Source: an uncultured virus (IMG/VR IMGVR_UViG_3300001682_000595) (lineage: Duplodnaviria; Heunggongvirae; Uroviricota; Caudoviricetes). Taken from it: DNA of 64,000 nt. Positions within the stretch are counted from its first letter, which is position 1, and every line of letters starts with the position of its first letter. Below, piece by piece: positions 20,681 to 30,280 of the stretch. A program made the position numbers and the translations under genes. The notes beneath the pieces are model-generated. The model was not told where the DNA came from. It ran no database searches and worked only from the letters and a program-made list of their open reading frames with translations. The stretch lies in IMG/VR virus record IMGVR_UViG_3300001682_000595. One strand, written 5' to 3'.

Positions 20681-22558
20681 ATGCTCGGAGCAATTATTGG
20701 CGACATTGTAGGGTCGCGATTTGAATTCAATAACCACAGGAATAAGGACTTTGACCTGTTCGCGAAAGGCTGTTTTGCTACCGACGACAGCATAATGACC
20801 CTCGCCGTCGCAATGGCAATAATGGAAACTGAAAAAAGCATTGAGCCACCGATAAGTGGTTACGGTGCAAATGGTGACTATTTACAGTTACTTGCCAAAC
20901 TAACGGTAAAATATATGCAAGAAATTGGACGTAAGTATCCGGACTGCGGTTACGGCGGAATGTTTGCGCGTTGGATGTTTAGTGATAATCCGGAGCCATA
21001 TAATAGCTTCGGGAACGGAGCGGCTATGCGCATTAGCCCTGCCGGGTTTGCCGCCCGTACCGAATCGGAGGCCATCAGCCTTGCCGAAGCAATAACCTCG
21101 GTCACGCACAATCATGAGGAAGGTATAAAAGGTGCGGAAGCGACTGCGGTTGCCATCTATATGGCCCGCCATGGCTTTTTGAAAAGCGAAATTAGAGATA
21201 GAATCTCAAAAGACTACTACTCACTTGATTTGTCAATTGATGAAATCCGCACAACATATAAGTTCAATGAAACCTGTCAGGAAACCGTACCGCAGGCAAT
21301 TCAATGTTTTCTCGAATCAGCTTCCTTCGAAGATGCGATTCGAACAGCAATTTCGCTTGGAGGTGATAGTGACACCATTGCCGCAATAACTGGCGCGATT
21401 GCTGAAGCGTACTATGGTATAACGGAGGACCTAAAAGAAAAAGCTCTTGCCTACCTGGACGAGGAGCTCCGGGCAATTTACGATGAGTGGACTGCTTTCG
21501 CCCCAACGAGCGATGAGCGATTTAAAGTATTGACGAAGTACATCGGCAAGATTGCCGCAGCGGAATCATGCGGCGATTGGATGATAGACCGCGAGAACGA
21601 CGGAACGCCAGAACACCCAATTCAAATGCCCTTTGTAGGGTACAGCAGACTGGTGATTTCGTTTGAGAAAGAGTTTTACAGCTATTCAGAAGCCCACCCA
21701 GAATTTGAACTGACGCGCTACGGTAAAATCCTCGAAAGGTATGGTTTGAAGTGGGGCGCAGAGGAAATGAGATCGGCGGACGTTCAGAAGCTCGATGAAC
21801 AATGCGTTCTTGCTCTTATTATGGGCTCTATCCGCGCTGAGCGCTTTTGCGATGGCGCATTACTTGGATTTTTCAAGGACGGTTGTATTCTGAAATGGCT
21901 GAAACGTCTGAAAGATATTGACTCGCAGGTAACGCAGAAAAAACTCTCGGAGGTTTACTTTGAGATTGGAGGATTCGGCGGTTATGATACTTACCATCTT
22001 CTGTTTGCCGATAGCAGAGCATTCCTATTCTCAGGAAGATTTATGCCAAAAGCGCGATTCCAGAAGCGATATTCCGTTAGAGAGACACAACAGCTTATTG
22101 CCAAATGGGATAGTATCCATATAGAGTATTGGAAATCTGAGTATACTCAAGATAGGGATATGATAATTTGTGACGGTACTCAGTGGTCACTGTTTGTGCG
22201 ACATGAGGGTACACGCGGACTGATGTATAATGGGGATAATACTTACCCAGGCAACTGGGATGCGCTTCTTACTTTTTTTGGTATTAATTTAGATGATGAG
22301 GATAATTATGAAAAGCCTGGCCGTAAGCCGGGTGAACTCATCTATTGTCGTGTATCATTCAGCGGGGACGGCAGTACATACTATTATCAAACTGAAGATG
22401 AAAGCATTAAGGTTGGCGATCGAGTGATTGTGCCGGTTGGCCCGAACAACGATAAGCGGGTCGCTGTTGTCGAGGGAATTGAATACTTCGAACCGACTAA
22501 AGTTCCGTTTCCTTTAGATAAGGTAAAATACATCATAGAAAAACGACATGATAAATAA
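20681..22558 (+). CDS. ADP-ribosylglycohydrolase multidomain fusion
   Basis: GAIIGDIVGS, TDDS, GNGAAMR, GGDSDT; followed by a DUF6508-like region (RAERFCDG) and two further domains. Confidence 0.85.
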   Translation: MLGAIIGDIVGSRFEFNNHRNKDFDLFAKGCFATDDSIMTLAVAMAIMETEKSIEPPISGYGANGDYLQLLAKLTVKYMQEIGRKYPDCGYGGMFARWMFSDNPEPYNSFGNGAAMRISPAGFAARTESEAISLAEAITSVTHNHEEGIKGAEATAVAIYMARHGFLKSEIRDRISKDYYSLDLSIDEIRTTYKFNETCQETVPQAIQCFLESASFEDAIRTAISLGGDSDTIAAITGAIAEAYYGITEDLKEKALAYLDEELRAIYDEWTAFAPTSDERFKVLTKYIGKIAAAESCGDWMIDRENDGTPEHPIQMPFVGYSRLVISFEKEFYSYSEAHPEFELTRYGKILERYGLKWGAEEMRSADVQKLDEQCVLALIMGSIRAERFCDGALLGFFKDGCILKWLKRLKDIDSQVTQKKLSEVYFEIGGFGGYDTYHLLFADSRAFLFSGRFMPKARFQKRYSVRETQQLIAKWDSIHIEYWKSEYTQDRDMIICDGTQWSLFVRHEGTRGLMYNGDNTYPGNWDALLTFFGINLDDEDNYEKPGRKPGELIYCRVSFSGDGSTYYYQTEDESIKVGDRVIVPVGPNNDKRVAVVEGIEYFEPTKVPFPLDKVKYIIEKRHDK

Positions 22559-22592
22559 GACCATGTTCTATAGAAGCTCTTTGTTTGCGTAT

Positions 22593-22698
22593 ATCGACTT
22601 GTTTCCCAGAACGGATAAAAGCAGAGTAATACTGTGGACATGTTTCCACGAACGGAAAATACCTAAAAAAACACCATCGACCTATTCCCGAGAACGGA
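22593..22698 (+). repeat. three 23-bp degenerate direct repeats reading (I/V)D(L/M)FPRT
   Basis: ATCGACTTGTTTCCCAGAACGGA at 22593, GTGGACATGTTTCCACGAACGGA at 22634, ATCGACCTATTCCCGAGAACGGA at 22676. Confidence 0.9.
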
Positions 22699-22721
22699 CA
22701 AAACGAAAAACACAGTCCAGA

Positions 22722-22785
22722 CATCAAGGTGAGCCTATCGTGCCACGTTGAGACGGTAGTATTGATGACAAGGGTAAAAGATTGA
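22722..22785 (+). other. serine-integrase att junction with an rlmD/rumA 3'-end fragment
   Basis: 22744-22785 reads HVETVVLMTRVKD*, like an RlmD C-terminus; inverted CATCAA/TTGATG at 22722 and 22762 is centred on CA at 22744-45. Confidence 0.75.
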
Positions 22786-22892
22786 GAGAGCTGAAAACCC
22801 TTATATATCAATGCTTTTAGCACACATGGGTGTAAAAGCCATTGAACGAAAAACATGAAAATATCGCTTCGAAGGCAGTATTTGATAGTCAA

Positions 22893-23009
22893 GTGGTCAG
22901 GTTAGATGTCATAGCCCGGCGAGTGGCCGGGTTAGATGTCAGGAGTCGCGAGTGGTCGGGTTAGATGTTTTTTCGGAGTTTTTTGAGGTTGTGTGGTCGG
23001 GTTGGATGT
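22893..23009 (+). repeat. four copies of GTGGYCRGGTTRGATGT (fifth degenerate copy at 23715)
   Basis: Copies at 22893, 22923, 22952 and 22993. Confidence 0.9.
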
Positions 23010-23070
23010 TAGTATAACTATGTGTAGTGATTAAAGAAATCGATAAATCGGAATTTACAGGAGTTTGAGC

Positions 23071-23568
23071 ATGAAAAACATTTATTTAATTGGCGGAACA
23101 ATGGGAGTAGGAAAAACAACTACTTGCCAGATTATAAAAAACAAATTAAACAACAGCGTTTTCCTCGACGGAGATTGGTGTTGGGATATGCACCCTTTTC
23201 AAGTGACAGAGGAAACAAAGCAAATGGTATTAGAGAATATCTGCTTCCTTTTAAATAACTTTATTAAGTGCTCTGCTTATGAAAACATCGTGTTTTGCTG
23301 GGTTATGCACGAACAGACTATTATTGACCATATTGTTTCACGACTTAACACAGAAAACTGTAAGGTTCATTCCATATCTTTGGTATGCAGTGAACAAACA
23401 TTGCAAGCGCGCTTGAGAAAGGATGTTGATGCTGGTATTCGTACAGAAGATGTGATTGGTAGAAGTATAGAGCGAATACCTCTTTACGAAAAATTGAATA
23501 CGTATAAAGTTGATGTATCGAAAATCAGTCCAGAGCAAGTTGCTGATTTTATTATTAGGAACTGTTAA
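23071..23568 (+). CDS. AAA-family P-loop kinase (small-molecule/nucleotide kinase-like)
   Basis: GGTMGVGKTT, FLDGDWCW. Confidence 0.8.
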   Translation: MKNIYLIGGTMGVGKTTTCQIIKNKLNNSVFLDGDWCWDMHPFQVTEETKQMVLENICFLLNNFIKCSAYENIVFCWVMHEQTIIDHIVSRLNTENCKVHSISLVCSEQTLQARLRKDVDAGIRTEDVIGRSIERIPLYEKLNTYKVDVSKISPEQVADFIIRNC

Positions 23569-23780
23569 ATTTCAATTTGTCTGTATACTAATTAAAGCAA
23601 ACGAGACCATCTACTAAAATCGAACAAACATTACTACATGGGAACAAGCGTGAAGGCATGATTTAGATCATGCCAGAGCGATTTAGATGTTTTTTCGGAT
23701 TTTTTTAAGGTTGTGTGAACAGGTTGGATGTAGGAATTAACAAGCTTTTTATAAAGATCGATTTAATGAGGTGAGTATGC

Positions 23781-24577
23781 ATGAATGATATTAAAATAAT
23801 ATTAGACAAAGTTGTATCTGTATTGGCGGATGTTTCAGGTATTCAGGCTGTCGTGCTTGGAGGATCCCGTGCAAGGGGTACTCATTCCTCTGAATCGGAT
23901 ATTGATATTGGTATCTATTACGATAAAGAAACTCTTGATCTTGTGTCCTTGAACAAAGCGGCGAAAATTGTGGATGATGAACACAGAGACAATTTGATAG
24001 TTCCTCCCGGGGAATGGGGTCAATGGGTTAATGGCGGTGGCTGGCTTATTATTGATGGATACCATGTTGATTTTATTCTAAGGGATATAGAACGTGTGGA
24101 AAATGTAATTTCAGAATGTCAGGAAGGGATTATTTCCGCACATTATCAAACTGGACATCCCCATGCCTANNNNNNNNNNNGTGGGATAAACAGGGTAATA
24201 TTTCAGCTTTGAAGCAAGTCGCGAAAAAATACCCGCCGAAATTGAAAAGAGCTATTATTGGTTTCTTTACGTTTGAAGCAGAGTTTTCTTTAATGTTCGC
24301 GGAAAACAATGCCAGGAAAAACGATGTTTATTATGTTACTGCTCATATTGTACGGGCGATTTCAGCGCTGAACCAGGTGTTATTTGCAGTAAATGAAGAG
24401 TACTGCCTGAACGAAAAAAAGGCAGTCGGCATGATAGAGCATTTTAACATTCACCCGCTTGGATACAAAGATAAAATAAATTCAATTTTTGCGGCAGCCG
24501 GAACAGATGGAGCAAATGCCTGTGTGCAGCTAAAGCAATTGATTAACGAAGCGAAAGGTATTTTTCTGAATGACTGA
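23781..24577 (+). CDS. nucleotidyltransferase domain protein (spans an N gap)
   Basis: LGGSRARG..SDIDIGIY, VDFILRD; C-terminal NEKKA helical region after the gap. Confidence 0.75.
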
Positions 24578-24624
24578 TGAACATATCCGGTGAAAGATTC
24601 TAACTACACAAAGAAGGTGAGAAT

Positions 24625-25309
24625 ATGAACAACATTTATGATAATAGACAATTTTTTGACCAGTATTCGAAGATGTCACGCAGTCAACAAGGCTTATCCG
24701 GAGCAGGTGAATGGCATCAGTTCAAGGCCTTGTTTCCTGAATTAAGCTACAAAAGCGTACTCGATCTTGGATGCGGTTATGGCTGGCATTGCAAATATGC
24801 GGTTGAGTGCGGTGCAAAGCAGGTATTGGGTATTGACTACCTATCGGGTTTGCGGGCTGGAGGAATATGATTATCCCGCCAATTCATATGATTGCGTGGT
24901 TTCAAATTTGGTGCTTCACTACATTGCAGACATTGATGAAATTTTCAAAAAGATATACCGGACACTGAAGACAGAGGGGGTTTTCCTTCTTAATATAGAA
25001 CATCCCGTTTTTACAGCGGGAGTGAACCAAGACTGGATTTATGATTCAAACGGCAAGCCGCAATATTGGCCTGTGGATAATTACTTTTATTCTGGAGAGA
25101 GGGTTACTCATTTCCTTGGACAGAATGTTACAAAACAGCATCATACACTGACTCAGATACTGATGGGACTTATAAATGCTGGGTTCCGGCTGGAAGCCGT
25201 TGAAGAAGCGATGCCGAGCAATGACATGATGGAGATTCCAGGCATGTCAGATGAAATGCGCCGCCCGATGATGTTACTAATTAAGGCATTGAAGCAAGAT
25301 GAACGATAA
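24625..25309 (+). pseudogene. class I SAM methyltransferase, frameshifted by a deletion near 24838
   Basis: VLDLGCGYG...VLGID in one frame; YDCVVSNLVLHY...RRPMML in another. Confidence 0.8.
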
Positions 25310-25333
25310 ATATCAGTATAATATAACAACGCG

Positions 25334-25378
25334 AGGCACCCTACGTTCTAATTTCGTAGAGTGCCTTCCTTGTTTTTA
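25334..25378. terminator. hairpin terminator between convergent genes
   Basis: AGGCACCCTACG...CGTAGAGTGCCT followed by a T-rich tract. Confidence 0.55.
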
Positions 25379-25381
25379 ATC

Positions 25382-26950
25382 TTATTCTGCCACATCCACC
25401 GTCACGCCGGACTTAAATTCCAAGGTGAATTTGTCCTCGTAGACGGTGACTTTTTCAATTAGCCGCCGGATAAGCGACTCATCGTATTCGGTCAGGGCGG
25501 TGGGCTGCTCCCGAAGGAAGGTGCCCATGTCGGAGATACGTTTTTTCTGTTCATCCCGCCCGGCGCTTTCCAGCTGAAGCTTTTGCTTTTCCTCGCGCAG
25601 GTGGTAAATTTCGTTGCCTACTTTTTCGTAATCCGCATTGGAAGTAGCCAGTTTCAAAAGCTCCGCCTGCAACTCTTTCAATCGCTTGTCGATGTCGGCA
25701 AGGACCTGGTCGTTCCCGTGGCTCAGGACGGTTTCAATGTTGTTCTGAAGCGTCGTAAGAAAGGTGTCCCTGTCGCAAAGCGTTTGGTTAATGGCCTTGA
25801 CCAGCACCTGCTCGATTTGGCTTTCCGGCACGGTGCGGGCGTCGCAGAACAATCCGGTGTTTTCCAGGCGACTGATGCAGCGCCAGACAATGGACTTTTT
25901 GCCCCGGTTGTACCAGTGAATCCGGCGGTAAAACTCCCCGCAAACGCCACAATACACGATGTTCGCCAGACAGTGGCTGCTGCTGAACACCCGGTTCTTT
26001 CCGTTCGGGCTTTTATGGATTAAACGCCGACGCACCAGTTCCTCCTGCACCTGCATGAAAATTTCACGCGGGATGATGGCTTCATGGCTGTTTTCCACAT
26101 AGTATTGCGGGACAAGGCCGTTATTCTTGACCCGCTTTTTTGTGAGAAAATCAACTGTGTAGGTTTTCTGTAATAGGGCGTCTCCGATGTACTTTTCATT
26201 CCGCAGAATCTGGTTGATATTGCTGGTATGCCAGCGTTCTTTGCCCGCGCCGTTTAGGATGCCGTCGGCTTCCAGCCCGCGGGCAATTTTTAGCATGCTG
26301 GCCCCTTCAAGATATTCCCGGTAGATGCGCTTGACGACTTCGGCTTCCTCCGGCACGACCACCAGATGTTTGTTTTCGTCCTTGGTGTAGCCGAGGAAGC
26401 GGGCACAGTTGACCTGAATCTCGCCCTGCTGGTAGCGGTACTGCAGGCCCAGCTTCACGTTCTGGCTCAGGGACTGGCTCTCCTGCTGAGCGAGGGATGC
26501 CATAATCGTCAGCAGGACCTCACCCTTGGAATCCATGGTGTTAATGTTTTCCTTTTCAAAGTACACGGGAATATTCTTTTCCTTCAGCTGGCGGATGTAT
26601 TTCAGGCAGTCCAGGGTATTGCGCGCAAACCTGCTGATGGACTTGGTGATGACCATATCGATATTGCCCGCCATACACTCGTCAATCATGCGGTTGAATT
26701 CGTCGCGCTTTTTGGTGTTGGTGCCGGAAATGCCGTCGTCCGCAAAGATGCCGGCCAGCACCCAGTCCGGGTGACCGTTGATGTAGGCCGTGTAATGCTC
26801 AATCTGCGTTTCATAGCTTGTGGCCTGTTCGTCGCTGTCGGTGGAGACGCGGCAGTAGGCGGCGACACGCAGTTTTGGCTTTTCTTCGCTTTCGTCAGCA
26901 CGTATATGTTTCCTTGCCGGAATCACGGTAATATTTTTACTGACATCCAT
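25382..26950 (-). CDS. large serine recombinase (third of trio, element B)
   Basis: [26 protein letters not shown], zinc ribbon CGVCG. Confidence 0.95.
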   Translation of the reverse strand: MDVSKNITVIPARKHIRADESEEKPKLRVAAYCRVSTDSDEQATSYETQIEHYTAYINGHPDWVLAGIFADDGISGTNTKKRDEFNRMIDECMAGNIDMVITKSISRFARNTLDCLKYIRQLKEKNIPVYFEKENINTMDSKGEVLLTIMASLAQQESQSLSQNVKLGLQYRYQQGEIQVNCARFLGYTKDENKHLVVVPEEAEVVKRIYREYLEGASMLKIARGLEADGILNGAGKERWHTSNINQILRNEKYIGDALLQKTYTVDFLTKKRVKNNGLVPQYYVENSHEAIIPREIFMQVQEELVRRRLIHKSPNGKNRVFSSSHCLANIVYCGVCGEFYRRIHWYNRGKKSIVWRCISRLENTGLFCDARTVPESQIEQVLVKAINQTLCDRDTFLTTLQNNIETVLSHGNDQVLADIDKRLKELQAELLKLATSNADYEKVGNEIYHLREEKQKLQLESAGRDEQKKRISDMGTFLREQPTALTEYDESLIRRLIEKVTVYEDKFTLEFKSGVTVDVAE

Positions 26951-27368
26951 CTTCCTCCACCTCCTTTTCTATCAGGCTGTAGGCGTATTCCGCCTGCTCA
27001 AAGGGGTCGTCAAATTCCTCCGTTCCTTCGCGCAGGCGAAACGCGGTGGGATAAATGGCCTTTTTCGTTTCTCTCGGCTCCCGGACGCGTCCGAGCTTCT
27101 TCGCCCGTTTGGCGCGTTCTGCTTCGGCGGCCGCGAATATCTCCGGGTCGATGATGGCCGGATAATACCCGTCGCCGAGGTAGCGGGCGTTCCGGAGCAT
27201 TATGCCGATTTCCGCGTGAAAGGCGGTGAGTCCCGCCTTCCGGGCGGCGTTGACCAGCGAATCGCCGGAAAGGTAGGATTGAAACAGCACCCTTACCCGC
27301 TCGGCGGCTTCCCCGTCAATCACGGCCAGCCCGTTTTCAATCCGGTAGCCGTAGGGTATATGGTTCAT
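26937..27368 (-). CDS. small recombinase-domain protein (middle of trio)
   Basis: HIPYGY, ML.NARYLG..YPAII. Confidence 0.85.
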   Translation of the reverse strand: MNHIPYGYRIENGLAVIDGEAAERVRVLFQSYLSGDSLVNAARKAGLTAFHAEIGIMLRNARYLGDGYYPAIIDPEIFAAAEAERAKRAKKLGRVREPRETKKAIYPTAFRLREGTEEFDDPFEQAEYAYSLIEKEVEEDGCQ

Positions 27369-28940
27369 TCAAATCACCAGCCTTTCCTTGAGCGTAATGC
27401 CGCACTTCAATTCAAACCCAATTTCCGTGCGGTCATACACATGAACCCACTCCACAAAACGCGCGAACAGTTCTCCGTCAAAGCCCTTCAGCATTGACGC
27501 TTTGGTGGTATACTGCAAAAGTTCGCTGACTTCCATCAGATTTCGGTTGTCGCAGCTGATGAGACGGGAGATGGATTCTTTTTGGCGCTGTATCCGCTCG
27601 GCTTCCCGCAGAAGTTCGTTGTTGCTCTTATTGTAAACGGCAGGCTCAAGGTAGCCTTTGGTCATCAGGCCGACCAGCACCTTTTGCTGCTGTGCGTTTT
27701 CCTCGAGTTTTTTCTCAAGCTGCCCGATACGCTCCAAACTGTCGTCTGCGTTTATCCCGCGCAGGCTGCGGAGGAGGGGCTTGAGTATGGTTTGGTTCCC
27801 GAATATGAGTTTGTTCATCATCGTGACGAAGGCGTATTCGAGGGAGGACTCCGGGATGTATTTCATGGGGCATTCTCCGATGTCCTGAATATGGGTGGCA
27901 CAGCACCATGCGATTTTGTGTCTTCCGCTTGCGTGGATGCGGCGTTTGAACGTGTCTCCGCAGTGGCCGCAGATGATTTTCCCCGAGAACGGGTAGCGGT
28001 TCTGATACTTGGATTGCTGTTTTTGAATGCCTTTTTCTTTGCCGCGCTGTTCTATGACGGCCTGCACGGCCGCAAAGTCCTCGCGGCTGATAATCGGCTC
28101 GTGGTAATCCCGAAGCAGATACTGTTCCTTTTCGCCGTCGTTGCGGTGGCGGTTAAAATTTGAATCGGTGTAGGTTTTCTGAAACAAAACGTCCCCGGTG
28201 TATTTTTCGTTTCCGGCTATTCCGCGAACGGTTGTCGCGGTCCAACGTCCGCCCCTTTTGGTTGGAATACGGCGCTGGTTCAACTCGTCGGCTATTTTCT
28301 GGGTTCCCTTGCCGGACAGGATTTCCGAGAAGATGAATCGGACGGTCTTCGCCTGCGATTTGTTTACGACCAGCATTCCGTCGACGGAATCATAGCCGTA
28401 GGGCGGACAGGTAATTTTATAAGTGCCGTTTTGAAATCGCCGCTGAATCGACCATTTGTTATTCTGCGCGATGGAAGCCGACTCGTTTTCGGCCAGTCCA
28501 CTTAGGATTGACAGCATGAGTTCGTTTACCATTGTCCCAGTGTCCAGGTTCTCCTTCTCAAAATAGATGTAAACACCGAGCTTTTGCATCCTCCGCACAA
28601 GTTCCAGACAATCGGTCGTGTTACGGGCAAAACGGCTGATGGATTTGGTGACGATGAAATCGATATGCCCGTTTTCACAATCGGCAATCATCCGGAGCAG
28701 TTCCGGACGCTTCTCCTTTTTCGTGCCCGTGATGCCCTCGTCATAATAAACCCCGGCAAACGCCCAGGTGGGATTTGCCTTAATGTACGATTCATAGTGC
28801 TCTATCTGCGTTTCAAGGCTTTCCTTTTGTTCGTCGCTGTCGGTGGAGACGCGGCAGTAAGCCGCGACCCGCAGCTTGGGCTGTTCGGTAAGAACGACTG
28901 TATCAACCGCGGTTGGGGCTATTTTCGTTACCTTCTTCAC
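27369..28940 (-). CDS. large serine recombinase (first of trio, element B)
   Basis: [26 protein letters not shown]. Confidence 0.95.
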   Translation of the reverse strand: MKKVTKIAPTAVDTVVLTEQPKLRVAAYCRVSTDSDEQKESLETQIEHYESYIKANPTWAFAGVYYDEGITGTKKEKRPELLRMIADCENGHIDFIVTKSISRFARNTTDCLELVRRMQKLGVYIYFEKENLDTGTMVNELMLSILSGLAENESASIAQNNKWSIQRRFQNGTYKITCPPYGYDSVDGMLVVNKSQAKTVRFIFSEILSGKGTQKIADELNQRRIPTKRGGRWTATTVRGIAGNEKYTGDVLFQKTYTDSNFNRHRNDGEKEQYLLRDYHEPIISREDFAAVQAVIEQRGKEKGIQKQQSKYQNRYPFSGKIICGHCGDTFKRRIHASGRHKIAWCCATHIQDIGECPMKYIPESSLEYAFVTMMNKLIFGNQTILKPLLRSLRGINADDSLERIGQLEKKLEENAQQQKVLVGLMTKGYLEPAVYNKSNNELLREAERIQRQKESISRLISCDNRNLMEVSELLQYTTKASMLKGFDGELFARFVEWVHVYDRTEIGFELKCGITLKERLVI

Positions 28941-29000
28941 ATTCTCACCTCCTTGGTCAGTGTGACATGTTACCTCTGAAAAACTGAGATAGCAACGCTT

Positions 29001-29234
29001 TTAGGGCATAATCTCCGCCAGCGCGGGAGAGAAAGATTCGCGGTTTAAGGCGGTGATCTTGTCGAATTCCGACAAGGAAATAAGCCCTTGGTTCAACATG
29101 GATTCGAGTATCTTTTGTGCCCTTGCGTAATCCGCTTCCCGCTGCAACTGTTCGTGCGTGAAGCGGGGCTTGGTTTGAGACGGTTCGTTTGACGGAATAC
29201 CGGTTGTACTCTGCGGTTTCTGTATGGCGGCCAT
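29001..29234 (-). CDS. SHOCT-like small protein
   Basis: ML..GLISLSEFDKI; GGAGG RBS; directly upstream of the recombinases. Confidence 0.75.
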   Translation of the reverse strand: MAAIQKPQSTTGIPSNEPSQTKPRFTHEQLQREADYARAQKILESMLNQGLISLSEFDKITALNRESFSPALAEIMP

Positions 29235-29358
29235 CAGTATCACCTCCTGCCAATAACCGAAAAAAACGTGGGGATTCGAACCCCCTGAAAACAGAAAAAG
29301 CCCCTCACCGTCCACAGGACAGCGAGGGGCCGTTTGGCAACCGGTATGAATTTATATG

Positions 29359-30279
29359 TTACTTCGCCGGAAGCTTCAACTTCTGCCCGGCATAGATGGT
29401 ATCCGAGGAAAGGCCGTTCAGCGCCTTGATTTCCTTGTACCGCGGGCCGCTTCCCAGCTTCTTTTTGGCGATGCTCCAGAGGGTGTCGCCATTGGCCACG
29501 GTGTAGGTTTCATAAGCAGGTTCGGTGTTTTCCGCTTTTTCTCCGGCCAGAATGGTGTTCACTCTCGCCTGCACGGCGGCATAGTCGTACCCGGCGGCGG
29601 TCAAACGGCTTTTGCGATCCTCACCGTTGCCCCAGTTTCCGCGGATAACCTCAAGCGCCAGTTTATCTATGACTTTGGATGCGGCGCCGGGAGTACTCGA
29701 ACCGCCAATTTCCAACAGACGCCTGACCTCCGCGCGGAAGGTGTCCATGCTCTTGCCGAACCTCGGAAACCAGTGCATCACGTCTGCGTGGTTGCTTGCT
29801 ATTCCGAGTTTATAGCCCTCCGAGTGGCAGATGATATCTTTCTCGGTCAGCCCGTACTGCCTGCAAAGATAGGCGCACAGTTCGGCGGCTTCCTTATAGA
29901 CGGCGCTGAAGTATGCCGCGTCGGCCGGCCCGTCCTCGCAGATTTCAAAGGATATGTGCGTGTCGTTGCCGGAGCCTTTGGAACCACTCCCGCAGTGCCA
30001 GCCGCGCATGTTCCACGGAAGCGTCTGGTATGTCGCGATGCTTCCGTCGGCGAGCCTGCCGATGAACGCGTGGACGCAGACCTGACGGCCGTCCGGCCTG
30101 TCCTGATTCCAGTGGTTGTTGTACTGGTTTTTGCCGAGAAGCCCGTCGTCCGGACCTACATATCGTTTCAGGTTCGGGTTGTTCGCGCCGGTGGAGTGCA
30201 CCATAATGCCCTTTGGCGTGATGGTGCGGCCCGCCTTGTAGCAGGCGTTGTTCGTCAGAATCAATTTGTGCAGGTTCAT
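29359..30279 (-). CDS. endolysin: Amidase_2 + CW_7 + LysM
   Basis: IMVHSTG, FEICED, H..NH.D; VIRGNWGNGEDRK..L; YTVANGDTLWSIA. Confidence 0.92.
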   Translation of the reverse strand: MNLHKLILTNNACYKAGRTITPKGIMVHSTGANNPNLKRYVGPDDGLLGKNQYNNHWNQDRPDGRQVCVHAFIGRLADGSIATYQTLPWNMRGWHCGSGSKGSGNDTHISFEICEDGPADAAYFSAVYKEAAELCAYLCRQYGLTEKDIICHSEGYKLGIASNHADVMHWFPRFGKSMDTFRAEVRRLLEIGGSSTPGAASKVIDKLALEVIRGNWGNGEDRKSRLTAAGYDYAAVQARVNTILAGEKAENTEPAYETYTVANGDTLWSIAKKKLGSGPRYKEIKALNGLSSDTIYAGQKLKLPAK

Positions 30280-30280
30280 G

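Noticed and set aside
22593..23009. Repeat clusters as a CRISPR array
   Set aside because: The repeats are degenerate, spacers are short and irregular, and there is no cas operon; att-related repeats explain them better.
24116..24212. Frameshift in the nucleotidyltransferase
   Set aside because: The frame change coincides with an N gap of uncertain length.
29268..29286. GGGGGTTCGAATCCCC (minus strand) as a tRNA
   Set aside because: Only a T-arm-like hairpin is present; no D arm, anticodon arm or acceptor stem could be built.
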